A DNA stretch of 63,424 bases, counting the filler, from Rhabdomonas costata (taxonomy: Eukaryota), in NCBI GenBank assembly GCA_019059605.1. It is 41 parts of 41 records of this genome, joined end to end, with 100 filler letters (N's around TTAATTAATTAA, not from the genome) between each part and the next. Parts side by side here need not be neighbours in the genome. Positions count along the whole stretch, not along the records: positions 24,797 to 26,246 come from JAHMHO010015637.1; positions 26,347 to 27,797 come from JAHMHO010015638.1; positions 27,898 to 29,348 come from JAHMHO010015639.1; positions 29,449 to 30,898 come from JAHMHO010015640.1; positions 30,999 to 32,448 come from JAHMHO010015641.1; positions 32,549 to 33,997 come from JAHMHO010015642.1; positions 34,098 to 35,546 come from JAHMHO010015643.1; positions 35,647 to 37,095 come from JAHMHO010015644.1; 33 more parts are not named here. The stretch is one strand, 5' to 3'. This document shows, piece after piece, positions 25,878 to 38,906 of the stretch. The notes below the pieces were generated by a model. It made no database searches. It was not told the DNA's origin and saw nothing but the letters and a program-made list of their open reading frames with translations. Every line of letters begins with the position of its first letter. Within the stretch, counting starts at the first letter, position 1. The translations under genes and the position numbers were made by a program.

Positions 25878-26631
25878 CTACGGACAACAGAAGGGTGAAG
25901 GGCAGAAGAAGAGGAGGATTCCCGTCGCCAAACATCTACCCCTTCGGAGGAAAGCAAGTGAAATGCAGCTGCTGCTCAAGTATGTGTATGCATCGGGGTG
26001 GACAGAAGTGCAGATCGAAGCAACACAAAGTAGCAAATGATTTCCCCAATCCACGGCGGTGCAAGCGTCTGAAGCACCTAAGCAGCAGCCGTTTGCACCG
26101 AACCCAAAACCAGAACATACAGGAACCCTTGAGATCAATAAGTCTCAGACGCACAAAGAAAGCAAAAGAAAACAAAAACATCCAACTTTGGCAGCCATTT
26201 TGTTGGCCAAAGCTCAGCAACAAATGAGTTCCTTCCACCAACACAANNNNNNNNNNNNNNNNNNNNNNNNNNNNNNNNNNNNNNNNNNNNTTAATTAATT
26301 AANNNNNNNNNNNNNNNNNNNNNNNNNNNNNNNNNNNNNNNNNNNNCAATGTATGCTGGCGCTATACGGGTGTCGTTATCATTGTTTTTTTTTGCTCGGT
26401 TGCTGCGGCATACTTGGAACCTGTCGCAGCCGTGCCCGGATCCCTTCCTTTCTGAGGTTTCCTTCCGTTTGGGTTTTTCCAGTCGCAGGAGACCGTCCAC
26501 CAGCAATGCAACTGGCGGTGTGCACGGTATGATTATAACGCGTGCGACCTGTGGGTTTTTTTGTGAGGAGCTTTTGTTCCATTCCCTGACCCGTGTGTGA
26601 ATTCCTCTCCCGGGAGTTTGGTTTCTTTCAG

Positions 26632-27492
26632 AGGGGTATGAAGTGAAGACCATCGGGGACAGCTTCTTCGTGGCCTTCTCGGACATCGAGAACGCGGTGC
26701 GCTTCGCGGCGCAGATCCAGCTGGACATGATGACCGTGGCCTGGCCGGACAGTCTGCTGAGCCTCCCCGACGCCCTCCACGAGGTGAATCCAGACGGCAC
26801 TGCGCTGTGGTGTGGGCTGCGAGTGCGGGTCGGGATCCACGTTGGCGAGGCCAAGGTGGAGGTCGACCACAAGACGCTGAAGGTGACTGTATTTCTGAGT
26901 TTCTCAGTGCTCTCGGCTTTTTTTTCCCAGCAAGGGGTGGGGGGGTCGTCTGCCGGTTAGCATCCCCCCCCCACACACACACACACTCAGCACCCCACAC
27001 TCAGCACCCCTCGCACTGTTCCTGTGCCGCGCTGGGGTCGCCTCCGGAATTAATGCTGGTGCACTCCCTGCTTCCCTACCTTGCCAAAGGTTTAGATGAA
27101 CCCCCAACTCAATTGAAGTTAGCTTCTGAAAGACCTGCTCCAGAGTTCGAAACACAAAGCGGGTCCTAATTCAATATCCGATGTCCTTGTTCCCACTCAG
27201 CTCAGGATCGCTCCGGCACTCCTACTGCCCACCCCTCACACTCATTGCATTGTAGGCGGACTACTTCGGGCCCACGATCAACTTCGCGGCCCGAGTGGAG
27301 TCCAAGGCCATCGGGGGGCAGGTGCTGATCAGCCGGCCTGTCCTGGCTTGCCTTACGGAGGAGTTCAAGGCGGAGATGGTGATCCACCACGCCGGGAGCT
27401 TCACCTTTAAGGGCATCTCTGAGCCCCAGGACCTGTTCTCTGTCTGCCGACCGGTACTCCCCCGCTCGCTGCTCAGCCATCACAGGTTTTAG
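26632..27492 (+). CDS. Class III adenylyl cyclase catalytic domain, trypanosome receptor-cyclase type; exons 26632-26882 and 27256-~27492
   Basis: GYEVKTIGDSFFVAF..W.GLRVRVGIHVG..|ADYFGPTINFAARVESKAIGGQVLIS..FKG. Lys/Asp ATP-specifying residues and the NxAAR motif are intact. Confidence 0.93.
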
Positions 27493-28364
27493 ACCGATGC
27501 TGTAATGAGAACTCTCGACAACTGTTGCGAGGGCCCCTCTCTGAGCTCCTTGCAATCCAACCTGAAAGGGTGGGCTCGATTCGGCCCAACTCTGGTAGCG
27601 TGAGCTCCGACACCGCTGCTATCGCTCTTGTTTGTTTCATTGTTGAAACTTGTCCGTGGCACTTTTCACGAAACTTCTCTTATGGTGTTGTTCGACTTTG
27701 CTCCTGCTTATGGTTAGCGTCTTCTTTGAATGCTGAATGCTGACCTATCCAGTGCACGCAGCCGCGGCTTTTTGTCGCCCTGGCTCCCACCACCACANNN
27801 NNNNNNNNNNNNNNNNNNNNNNNNNNNNNNNNNNNNNNNNNTTAATTAATTAANNNNNNNNNNNNNNNNNNNNNNNNNNNNNNNNNNNNNNNNNNNNGAC
27901 TGGTTGACTGGTTGGTGGTGACCACTGGGGACTGACTGGCGCACGCGCTGTTGGCCACGGGTGCTCGCGAGAGGTGCCGTTGGAGCGAACGGTGCCGTGG
28001 GGAACCGAAATCGGCTCACCACTGTGCGTGTGTGTGTTTGTTTGTTTGTTTGGGGGGGGGTGGTATTTACCACTCTCTACACTCGCTACACTAACTTCTG
28101 CAGGCTCCACTCGTCCACGGAAGTCCAGCACGGGCCAGCCCTTAATAAAAAAAGCATCCTCTCAACAGTGACTGATTCGGGCGATTAGCACTGTTAACGG
28201 AACATCGCCCACCGAAATGAAACGTCCCAACCTAAGTGGAGTGGGCGCATGGGTTGGGACGTTCCATGGAGTGAGCAATGGTCCATTTAGCATATATGTG
28301 TACAGCAGTGCTACGGTTTAACGTCCCCGCCCCCCATAATACAAGAGGCCCGGAAAAAACTTAC

Positions 28365-28627
28365 CTTGGAAGATGTAATACTTCCTCCAGTTGATGAGGA
28401 TCTTCATGAAACGGCGCTCGGCGTGGGCCTTCTCTCGGGACTCTCCGCGGTACAGAGCGATGGACTCGCTGTGGACCACGGTGCGGGTGTGGGTGTGGCG
28501 GAAGTCTCCCTCGTACATCTGCCCAATGAAGAAGACCCGAGAGACCGCGTTCATGGGGAGGATGTACGCGATCAGCGTGATCGAGGCCAGTGCAAACACC
28601 ACGGCGACGATGTACCCCGGGTTGCCC
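28365..28627 (-). CDS. ABCD-family (peroxisomal-type) ABC transporter, membrane-domain exon
   Basis: YEGDFRHTHTRTVVHSESIALYRGESREK matches the ABCD EAA-like motif. CAG acceptor and GTAAGT donor. Confidence 0.88.
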
Positions 28628-28877
28628 CTGCGTTCACCGAAGGATGGAAATTTGAAAGCGGCGATTCAGGGACTCCGAAAGCAGTCCACTAAAAGCTACA
28701 AAAGAAGACCTTCCATATGTGGTGGATCCCCCCTATTTGCTTTGAACTGGTACGGCATGGGGCACCGTTGACCTGACTGATTGACACCGCCTTGCGGCCT
28801 GCAAAAGGGCTGGTTTGTGACATCTGCAAGCCCGCTGGTATGAACATCTGAGCGAGAGGAAGGGGCGTGTACGGAAG

Positions 28878-29063
28878 GTGTCAGGGGTCTTTTGCAATAC
28901 AACAGGCCTCCTGAAACGCTGTGTGGCCGGTTCAGAATGGGTTCGGAATTTTCCGAACTTTCACCCTTGGTTGTGAATCCCCTCAGCGGCTCTTTGGTAT
29001 CCCTTTGCGCTTCTGGCCTCACCCAGGAGGGTTTACCGCAGCAACCGCAACGTACTTATTTTT
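28878..29063 (+). repeat. Dispersed repeat family, copy C
   Basis: GGGGTCTTTT..CAGGCCTCCTGAAACGCTGTGTGGCCG..TTCACCCTTGG..GGAGGGTTTAC..GCAACCGCAACGTA. Confidence 0.8.
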
Positions 29064-29448
29064 CGTTCATTCGAGTTCAAGGGCATGCCCACACAAGCGG
29101 GGTGCCAAACCGCAATAGTTGAGCAAACAAAGACACAGGTCAGACACTCGCTGCAAACCATGGACAATGAAAGAACCAATTCAGGGTGGAAGCCCCGACC
29201 ATCAGCCAGAAGCGGAGGGATAAATAAGCAACGGAGATGATAAAGACAAACAACCACCGTATTTACAAAACCAAACCAAACCAAACCAAGCAGAACGGGG
29301 CCAGTGAACTGGCTCTGTGCCCACAAACCCCCAATCACACCCAATACANNNNNNNNNNNNNNNNNNNNNNNNNNNNNNNNNNNNNNNNNNNNTTAATTAA
29401 TTAANNNNNNNNNNNNNNNNNNNNNNNNNNNNNNNNNNNNNNNNNNNN

Positions 29449-30898
29449 TGTTGTTTTTGGAAGATGATGCTAATGTTACATATCACCTTTACCGCCTAGA
29501 AGCGGTAGACCCAGAATTCCATCGTTTCTCAGGAGGGTAGATGTCTCTCAGCCTCGACCCCCAATCCCGACCACATGGAGCAGGCAGAAGTCGCATTTTC
29601 CGTGCTAACGTTTGTAGAACGGAAAGCCGCAGGTCCATTCCAGAGTATGTATGTGTTTTGGAAGTAGGAGCCACTTTTATAGGGACTGTGAATTGGCTAA
29701 AACAAAGTTGGGTTAGAGAAGTGTGACAAAGGGGTCAGTTTGAGAATTTCAGAAAAGTGTAGATGAGTCAACTAGTGGTGCGTGGACGCTACCACCCCAC
29801 CAAATGTGCTCAATTCGTCCACATTCAGGACCCTATCGAGCGCACGTGTTGTGAAGAGAGCTCCAGTAACAGTCCCTCTAAGAATTTTGCAAAGATCAAC
29901 AGAGCCCGTGCTCAGATAACCAGAGTTGATCAGGTAGAGCAGCCCCGAAGCCCCATCCAACGCAAAGTGACACCAGAGGCATCCCCAGATGAGATTCATA
30001 TTGCCACTCCAAAAGCAAGCGTGGAACAAATTGAGAAGAATAAATGTGTTGAAGAAGCCTCAGACCAGTTTCCAGTTAACATAGAAGAGAAGAAATCTGC
30101 CCAGAGCAGACGAGAATTGTGGTAAATGTTGTGCTAAGAACATCTAACTAATGCTGTTAGCGGCTGTGAGACATTATCCACTTTTGGAGGTTTTCAGAGA
30201 AGTCTAAAACCATCAATTGACGGTTTTGGGTTCAGAAGTAGAAACTACTTACGAGTAAGGTGTGTGACATTCGCCTAAGATTCGGAAGTGGCCAGTGAAG
30301 CAACAAAATCCACAGATTTAAGTGAGTGGAGTGTGGTGGCGGAAGACCTTTCAGAGGAGACGTCAGAGGAGTGTGCACAAACAACTTTCAGCAGTATTCT
30401 TAGAGTGGCATGGAGCACCACAGTTCAGTTGTTCGTCTTGCCATTCCAGAGGAACTTAATGGATGGTGTTGGGTTACTTTCTGATCTTCCAGAATCTCCC
30501 CATCTCATTAATTGATGTTTCTTCCTTTGTGGATTTGGAATACACGAGTAAGAGCGCTATTGTATTCCGGATATTCAGATTTGTTTAGTCAAGAAGTGGT
30601 ACAGAGATTCCGTCTGCAGAGGTACCCGTTGCAGCAAATGATTGCGGGGATAACAAATGGAAAATGACTCCACGTGACCAATTTTGTGTGAATTGTCGAT
30701 CAATTAGGTGCCACGCAGATTAATTTGTCACTGATAGTAATTCAGAAGTCAATTCCAGTGGTACTGACTATCCGCTTTTGGCGAGGCTATAGACACAGAT
30801 TGAGTGAAAGCGTAGGTGTGTCAAGGCTTTGAGAGTTGGAATGATTTACGACATTAAGGTACTTTCAGCAGTAGATTCCTTCAGAAGTACGCACACAA
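29449..30898 (+). mobile_element. Decayed LTR retrotransposon gag/protease region
   Basis: Mutated CCHC knuckle CMCFGSRSHFYRDC (29648-29689), then about 860 nt later a mutated retropepsin motif VRALLYSGYSDLF (30548-30586; LLDSG). Multiple stops, no evident introns. Confidence 0.65.
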
Positions 30899-30998
30899 NN
30901 NNNNNNNNNNNNNNNNNNNNNNNNNNNNNNNNNNNNNNNNNNTTAATTAATTAANNNNNNNNNNNNNNNNNNNNNNNNNNNNNNNNNNNNNNNNNNNN

Positions 30999-31649
30999 GT
31001 TGGTTGGTCCTCAGAGAGATCGGCGCGAGGCACCGCGGGCACCGCACCACCAGCCGCCAAATCCGAATGTTCAGGTATCTGCGCGCACACCACATCTCTA
31101 TCCAAAAAGAACGCACACTGCAAGCTGAAGCCCGGGGTCAAGGTTTCTACAAGGTCCGTGGACACTGCTTCCTTCCGTGGGCTCCACAGACGAGATGCGG
31201 TTTCCCAGTCTCAAAGGGTTCAGGACTTAGGCTTTTGAATGTGTACGAACACACTACCACATATAAAACCTCATATAAAACGTTCTCATACAAAACCTCA
31301 TACAAGGTTCTCGCGTTTTCAGCCAAGGCAAAAACCGCGCAGGCGGAAAACTGGTCACGGGTTCTCCCTCACCCAGATGTAGCACACACTCAAATTCACG
31401 CGGGAACCCTTTCCCTAAAACAACCCAATAACCCCAACCCGAACCCTGCACACACTTTTCATCGGTGGGCTCAATGGTGGAGTTGAACTTCTTGCCGTTG
31501 TAGATGAACTCCCCGCAGGTGTTGCACTGCACGGACATCGGCATCATCATTCGAACTCTGTGGCCAATCTTGTGGCCCTCCTGCTTCGGCAACCGAGTGG
31601 GGTCGAAGTCCGGAGGGTAGTACTTGTTCAAAACCTTGCGCTCCCCCAT
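30999..31649 (-). CDS. YJU2: Splicing factor YJU2/CWC16 (CCDC94), exon 1 31456-31649 and exon 2 30999-31078
   Basis: MGERKVLNKYYPPDFDP..VRMMMPMSVQCNTCGEFIYNGKKFN..K|YLNIRIWRLVVRCPRCLAPISLRTN, with both CxxC pairs. GT-AG intron 31079-31455. Confidence 0.95.
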
Positions 31650-32200
31650 TTTTTTCTCGCTCTTTTCTTAGCTTAGTAGTGGAGAAGAGTCAAAGAAATC
31701 CCCGCCCACAAAAAACAACCCACAGTGACAAAGCCGAGCAATTGAGATCTAAGAAGCAAAGGATAAAGTTCAGCTGCGACGGCAAATGCGAGCAGGTCTC
31801 CTCCCATGCACACAAGTACTGCATCGGTGGCCTTGACGTTCTTGTTGTGCAGGACACTCGGCCTCCAGTGGGATTTTTAATTCACACAAGCACACGAGTA
31901 CTGACAAACACATTCAGGTCATGTGACTACTCACGGTGCACCAGTGGTGCAACCAGAGCAGCAGCAATCCCGGACTGAACGGAATTTTGATAAGTGGCGA
32001 AGTACCTCTTCTTTCGATCCCAGGATTGCCACCCATCTTCAAGTGAAAACCTGAACCCACGTATGAACTGCCAAGCACAGGGCTGGGCTGGTGCATTAAG
32101 GCTATTTTTGTAGAACGAAATGAGCGGTCCACTGGTGCAATTCATTCCTCAGTAGCAACCGGGTTTGGCACAACCCTGAAAACAGCAACACTACGCTTGG

Positions 32201-32395
32201 TTACTCGGGCAGAATCTCAGGGTCCTCGGCCTTCCGCAGCCTCTTGGGCTTCATCATGGGCTGAGGTCCGGGCGGCATTGGGCCGCCTTGGGTGCCGGCC
32301 AGGGGTTGAGTGCCGCACAGGAATTCCCCCTTCCAATCGTCGAAGGCCATCGCCACCACAGCCTTCGCTCGGTCGCCCTCAAAGTTCGCCACATA
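32201..32395 (-). CDS. Terminal exon of an unknown gene upstream of YJU2
   Basis: TAG acceptor, then YVANFEGDRAKAVVAMAFDDWKGEF..EILPE-stop, about 550 nt upstream of the YJU2 ATG on the same strand. Confidence 0.5.
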   Translation of the reverse strand, partial: YVANFEGDRAKAVVAMAFDDWKGEFLCGTQPLAGTQGGPMPPGPQPMMKPKRLRKAEDPEILPE

Positions 32396-32661
32396 CTAAA
32401 CACAACCACCCAATGAGAGCAGGTCGCAACGGCCAAAAGCAGCTGCACNNNNNNNNNNNNNNNNNNNNNNNNNNNNNNNNNNNNNNNNNNNNTTAATTAA
32501 TTAANNNNNNNNNNNNNNNNNNNNNNNNNNNNNNNNNNNNNNNNNNNNGGTTTGTGGTTCTCACCTGCTCGTCAAAAGAGGGCCCATGTTTTCACAACAT
32601 TTTCACTTCTGTGCAGAAGACGCGCTTCTGTGCACAAAGACAATACGCGGTCTCTTTGCAG

Positions 32662-33997
32662 GGCGTCGCGCCGTATGCTTGCACGGTTTCCGACGGCTTC
32701 ATCATCTTCCCAGACGGCAGCCAGCTGGCCCCTGCTGGCTACCTCAGGTTTCCTGATGGCAGTATCCACACAGCCGACGCGCGGGGTAACTTCACCCTTC
32801 CCGATGGCAGTACCCTGCTGCCCGACATGACCATCGCCTTTCCAGATGGAAGCCGAGTATGAGTGAGCTTCCATTCGAAACTACTGTGACTACTGACTAG
32901 TGTGCTTTTTCTGTTTTTTTTGGATTTGACACGAGCCACCAAGAAACTCTCTTTGCTGCTTTCGAAAGTTTGGTTTCACGCCATGGCAAAGGTTGCAGTG
33001 AACGTTGAACATCGAGCTTTTTGTGGAAGTGCCCCACGTTGAGCCTGGAGGGAGAAAAAAAAGAGCGGGACCTCTTATCTTATGTTTTTACCTTGCAGGC
33101 CGAAGGTAAAATTGAAGCACAGTCACATGTCCAGTCGCCTCTGTATCCCACCAAAACTCGCTTGTGTCAGTTTGAATTTGGTGTCCACCCACCTGCATCG
33201 CTATCGCAACGTCGTGCATGACCCAGGTTCGCTTTCAGGACAAGAAAAAGCGATAATGAAAAAGATAAGCAGAGGCTTCACAAATATTTTTTTACCTTTA
33301 CGGTTCACTGAACTTCCAACTGATTCGGGCCGCTTTGAATTTTGGTTTGTGCAACCCTAACAATGACACGCATGAACTTGTGTGCGAAAAAAACGCAGAT
33401 TCACCCCAACGGCACCATCCAGTCTCCGGGAGACGTCTTTGAAGCCACAGTGCTTCCCACATCCGCCTCCAACTCCACGATGATGATGCCTGCGGGCTCC
33501 GTGCTCCTGGCCGACGGGACGTGTCAGTTGCCCACTGGAGCCACCATGCAGCCCAACGGCACCATTGTGGTTGTACCCCCCCCCCCCCACACACACGCTG
33601 CCTCATCCTTGCCCACAGTGCAAACATGCCCATCATCGGTGCGCCAGGTCCTTGTCAGCTCCTTTGGGCATGCCGCACCTTTCAGAGGTAATTTTCTGGG
33701 TTCGCGAAAAGGCAGTGCAAAGAATGCAATGGATACACTGAAATAGAATGCGATACACTGAGATTTGGGAGGAGGGACGAAAGCCTTCCATGCTTTTTGG
33801 ACGTTTTGCATACGAACACACCAACACAAACACGTGTCGCTTGCAGTATCCTTCCGTGAGCCAGATCAATACCACGGCACCAGGAGCGATGACTTCTCAG
33901 TCCATGGTGATTCCCCCACCAGCCTGTGTGCCCACCCCGCCGTTCGGCGCGTCGGGCGCAGCTTTTCTGCCGGGGACATCCACAACCTCCATGGTCT
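32662..33997 (+). CDS. Protein with repeated (F/L)PDG/PNG turn motifs; exons 32662-32856, 33399-~33569, 33847-33997
   Basis: IIFPDGSQ..LRFPDGSI..FTLPDGSTLLPDMTIAFPDGSR|IHPNGTI..LLADGTCQLPTGATMQPNGTI. Phase-0 GT-AG junctions. Confidence 0.7.
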
Positions 33998-34181
33998 NNN
34001 NNNNNNNNNNNNNNNNNNNNNNNNNNNNNNNNNNNNNNNNNTTAATTAATTAANNNNNNNNNNNNNNNNNNNNNNNNNNNNNNNNNNNNNNNNNNNNACA
34101 TCGGTGTGTGGTTTTGTTCTTTTTGGGTCCGATTGTCAATTGAAGCAAGCCTTTCATTGCCGAAAGCTGGTTTTGTTGCAG

Positions 34182-35452
34182 GTCACTTCCCCATTGCGGC
34201 GGTACGGCGACATTGTCTGCCACCTGCAGATGAAATATCACATGTGTGGGGGTCAGCCCGCGCCGTACCTGGTGGTGCGGAAGTGGTGCATGCACCTAAA
34301 TGCCATCAGCCGGTTGGCGGACAGGCTGGAGAAGCTCTACGACCGGTTCTGGTTGCTGTTCTTGTTGAAACAGCTGAAAGATCTGCATGGTGCGTGTGAA
34401 TGTGTGTTTGTATACATAGATGGTGTACGATGCAAACAATAAGAACAACAGAAAACGGAACAGCATGTGCATCAGATTGTCGACCAATGGAAGTGGTGCC
34501 TCACTTCCATTCCTTCCCAGGTGCATGGGTGGGTGGTTCCAATCCTTGGCGTAGGGAGTCGGTTTGGCCAGGGGTGGCAGACGTGGGATTTATCGGTGAG
34601 TTACTTCAGTGATTTAACACTCCTCTCCTCTCAGAAGTTTAGGCCACTTCTAATTTGCTAACTAGTTGATCCCACTTTGCGACACAACCCATCATGTCAC
34701 CCTGTCGTCCTCCGTGAGATGCATGCTACACAGTATCCTGCTGATTTGGCGTTCGACTACACTTGTCATTCATCTTCATCCTGAACACGAGTTAGGTCAA
34801 GGCAATGTATTCCCTTTTCTTTTCGTTGGATCGCCAGATCGGTGCGTCATGCGTTGAAAGCAAAGCTCCACTTCCTATTTGGTGTGGATGACTGGGACGC
34901 TTTCTGCGGACGCACATATGGAAGCAAAAGAGTCGGAAAAATCAAGCAGGGTGGGTGGCACATGCGGAGAGGAACGGAGGATATTGATGTTTGATGCTTG
35001 TAGCTCCTTGGATAGGCAACCGCCGCATTACAATGATGGTTGTGTTCGCAGTTTGTGAACGGTCCAAATGGGTCACTGCATAATAATCATTTTTGGGTTT
35101 TGGAGCCCGTCCTTTCCGCGACCTGAACATAGCTGCAGCAGGGTTGGCCTGTTTACACGCGATTGTAAAACGTCTTGTTGAGGCCACCGATGAGAGCCAC
35201 AAATGACAATGAATCTTTCGCAGGACGTGCGCCAGTTCCCTCTCCAGTGTCCGCTTGGTATGTGTGAGTGTAGGGCGGGATACCCACGGCTGTGTGATCC
35301 TGGGCACTGTGGACTGCACCAGCAATGTGCTGCAGCCCACGCTGCGGCCGCGGAGCCGGTTCTTGTCACAGGGCTTCCTTGTGGAGTTCGGGTTTCGCTG
35401 CGTGGTCCCACACGACCAGCTCCTCCCCGAGGGCTCAGAGGTCAGGGTCCAG
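34182..35452 (+). CDS. RNase II/RNB-family exoribonuclease C-terminal region; exons 34182-34389 and 35274-35452
   Basis: VTSPLRRYGDIVCHLQMK (RNB motif IV) and DRFWLL. Phase-1 compatible GT-AG intron; second exon is S1-like. Confidence 0.85.
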
Positions 35453-35685
35453 GTCCGTGTGCCGCTTGCTCTCGCCCATGACCGCTTCCACACACCCCAT
35501 GCTCACACAAGCACAGTCTGGAGTCTGACTCACATGACCCAAAACCNNNNNNNNNNNNNNNNNNNNNNNNNNNNNNNNNNNNNNNNNNNNTTAATTAATT
35601 AANNNNNNNNNNNNNNNNNNNNNNNNNNNNNNNNNNNNNNNNNNNNGGTTTGGTGGTAATGGTGCCCCGGGGTTTCACCGCGCAG

Positions 35686-36998
35686 CGCTGACGGATGACG
35701 AGCTCCTGGTGGCTCTGGACATTCTGAAGGCGTTGGTGGTCCAGCACCGCGCCGCACCGGGACGCCCGATGCGGGAGTCGCTGGTTAGCCTTGCGTTTTT
35801 CTCCTTTTTTATGTTATGTTCATAAGATGAGGAAATCTGCACAGCAAGGGAAGCAGTCAAGCGTTTGGCCTTGGGAGAGGTAAAGCATTGCCAAGCCGTT
35901 ACCGCGGTTGTGAGGTTGGTGGACGAATCGACAGAACAGCTCTGGATTCGGCCTGCACGTGGGGCTGGGACGATGGATGCTATCGTTCAACAGTGGTGGA
36001 CGGCCGAGGTGGTGGCATCGGGTGAGGTTGTCAGTAGTGGTGATCCTGTGAAGGGGAGTACTGTAATGAAAGGTCGATTGTGAAAATTACGAGCTATCCC
36101 CCCCCCCGAAATAACGCAACAGTGGCAAAATGCGCCGGCTATATTCACCGAAGGGTGTATTTTCTTTTGCGTCGGGGCTATCCACAGGTGATGTTGTCCT
36201 TTTCTCCTCTAGTGACAGCAGAATTACGCGGGATTTTTTTGGGGTGCATAAAGGGGTAAATTGAGGTGGGGTCAAACCGGGAGTGCAGCTTCATTCCTGG
36301 AAACGTGATGCAAATATCTCAATTAAGTTCGTTAGGTTCTCAACTCGGGGACATCTCACCAGCCCGAAGAGCAGCAAGCTATTTCATGTGATGCGGAAGT
36401 ATGCCTCTCCTTTCCCCTCCTACTGACCGTAGATGTACACGGGATTATTATGGTGATGGGTCAACGCTAAAAGATGAGGTAGGGTAAACCAGCCTTCATT
36501 CTTTGGTACTTGATACACGTAAATCAATGCGGTACAGACCTTTTTGCACAAAATGGGACATTTCACCATCCCAAAAAGCATCAAGCTATCCCATGTGCAT
36601 GAAAGGGCAACGAGGAGTTAGGGCAAAATCAGGAGTCGCTGAAGCGTGATGCACGCACTTCAGTTTAGCAGGTATCCTGTCGTACAGGGTACATCCCGTA
36701 CATGTCACCAGACCGAAGAGCTACCAGCTGTAGCTATCGCGTCCACCTCTCTCCATCTTTCCCTCCACGGGCAGGAGCGGCTGCGGCGGCGTGTTCTGCG
36801 CGGGTGTGTGGTAGTTTTCACTGGGCTGCGGCGGAGGGACCTCCCTGTGGAGCATTCCAACGAGTGGCGGCTGGCTCGCGCCTTTGGGGCACGACCAGAG
36901 GCCTACCTCACGGACCGCACCACGCACGTGGTGTACGCGCCGGGCCGGCGCACCGCGACCCTGAGGGCGGCGCTGAGGATGGCCTCCCAGGGCTCCAG
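35686..36998 (+). CDS. FCP1-type RNA Pol II CTD phosphatase with BRCT domain; exons 35686-35783 and 36775-36998
   Basis: DDELLVALDILKAL..|ERLRRRVLRGCVVVFTGL..WRLARAFGA..TTHVV matches the FCPH tail plus BRCT of FCP1/CPL proteins. Probable GC donor at 36999. Confidence 0.72.
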
Positions 36999-37390
36999 GC
37001 ATGCCAAGATGCACACTGGCACACACACACATACACCTAAGGAGGACTTGAACGACGACATCATGGGGCGCCCCACACCATCATACCCCCAACAANNNNN
37101 NNNNNNNNNNNNNNNNNNNNNNNNNNNNNNNNNNNNNNNTTAATTAATTAANNNNNNNNNNNNNNNNNNNNNNNNNNNNNNNNNNNNNNNNNNNNGTTGC
37201 ACACCCTGGTGCGCAGCTGCCGTGATCCGCTCTGAAAAGAGAAACTGAAAAGAGAAAGAAAAAGACGGAAACCCACAATCAATTCATGGAGTCAACCACT
37301 TGTTCTGAGTCGCGGCTCGGACAGTGAGGAACGGAGAAGAGAGGAGTGCAGAGGAGTCCAGAGGAGAGCAGGGGAGAGGAGGGGGAAGAC

Positions 37391-38246
37391 CTGTGGCAGG
37401 CACTTCCTCCGCAGTGCCGCCAGATTGACTAGGACATGGTTCTCCAGCCGTGGGATGGCAACGTTGGTCACGTCCTGGCAGTTCTAGAAAGCAAAAACGA
37501 TTCCGACAGCCAACTAACCATAAATCGAAGATGACAACAAACCAGAATTGGCTGGCCCTGTGAGGGCGTGACCTAAACGAAAAATCGCTAATACACACAA
37601 CAGCCCATCATCCAGAAGCCAACGTAGGTGTCAAAGTGGGTGATCGTGCGCAGGTTTCAAGTGAGGTAGAAAGAATGTGAATTGCAAGAGAATCTTGTGA
37701 GAAAACCACGCTGTTGCAAGGGACTATCGATTGCTTTTCTCTCGTTTCTCCTTCCAGCTGTCGTAACGCGATGACTACCTTCTCCGTGTCGGAGGAGGGA
37801 AGAGGGTCTTGCTCGGGAAGCCGCAGAACCGCCTTGGCAATCCTGTGCAAAGGTCATCGAGCGCAAGGTGGACATCCCTTACACCAGGAGACGTGGGTGG
37901 GCGTATGTGAAAGCGAATAACGAATTTACACACGGGCAATCAGGATTAGACGAGAGGGAAGGATGAAGCAGGGCTAACACTCCCTCCATTGTGCGCATTC
38001 TAATATGGAGGGGGGGAGGCACCTGAACAGGACCGTGTGCCAAGAGCACGGGACGGCCGCGGAGGAGGACTCTGCGGTCCCACCCGACGTGGCGGAGGTG
38101 GGGGCGCTGGCGGTGGCCTCTCCTCGAGCAGCGACGGCAGCCGAGGCGGCGGAGAGCAGAGGGGCGACACTCTCCCGCACAGCCTCTGCGGTGTCCAGTG
38201 CCCACGCCCTCAGCCCGTGACGCTTCCGCATGAGCACCGCCCAAGC
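37391..38246 (-). CDS. Helical protein, weakly Nup107/Nup84-like; exons 38023-38246, 37779-37842, 37391-37483
   Basis: Three phase-compatible GT-AG exons. The family guess rests only on LAALRRKCLPQ resembling Nup107 LRKLCLP. Confidence 0.45.
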
Positions 38247-38906
38247 CTAAATCATTCACATAAAACACAACCCACACAAAAAGCGCAGGGGAGAGCTGAT
38301 TCAAACGTCCCGGCTTCCGAAGATGTTAACTGGAAGCCCTGGTGGAATTCCGCAGAACTAAAGCCACTGGCTACCTTCTCAACGATCACGTTTCAAAACG
38401 AATTTTCAAATGGATTTGCTGTTGTTGCTGATTACTCGGGTCGCGAGGGAATCAACCAGTCGATCATGGGCGAAGGCGACACAATAATTCAAGACTACAG
38501 GGAAGAATATCTTTGATATAAACAACCTGCCCACCGAGGGGCAGACACGATTCTCGACAAAGCTACATCCTTCCTTTCTTGCCAGATGGCATCTGACGCG
38601 AAATGAGCCATTGGCATCAGTCAGCATTCTGGGGCACAACCAACNNNNNNNNNNNNNNNNNNNNNNNNNNNNNNNNNNNNNNNNNNNNTTAATTAATTAA
38701 NNNNNNNNNNNNNNNNNNNNNNNNNNNNNNNNNNNNNNNNNNNNGTGTTTTTTTGCTAGCAGGCAGGTAGACACGCATTCCAGGGATCCTATTTTTTGTG
38801 CCATTGGGGAAAGAAGGGAACTATAATGTCATGGTGCACTGAGCAGGTTCTCGCTTGCTTTTCCACAAGAATCTGGCGTCATAGACTGGACACGTCTAAG
38901 AGGGCT

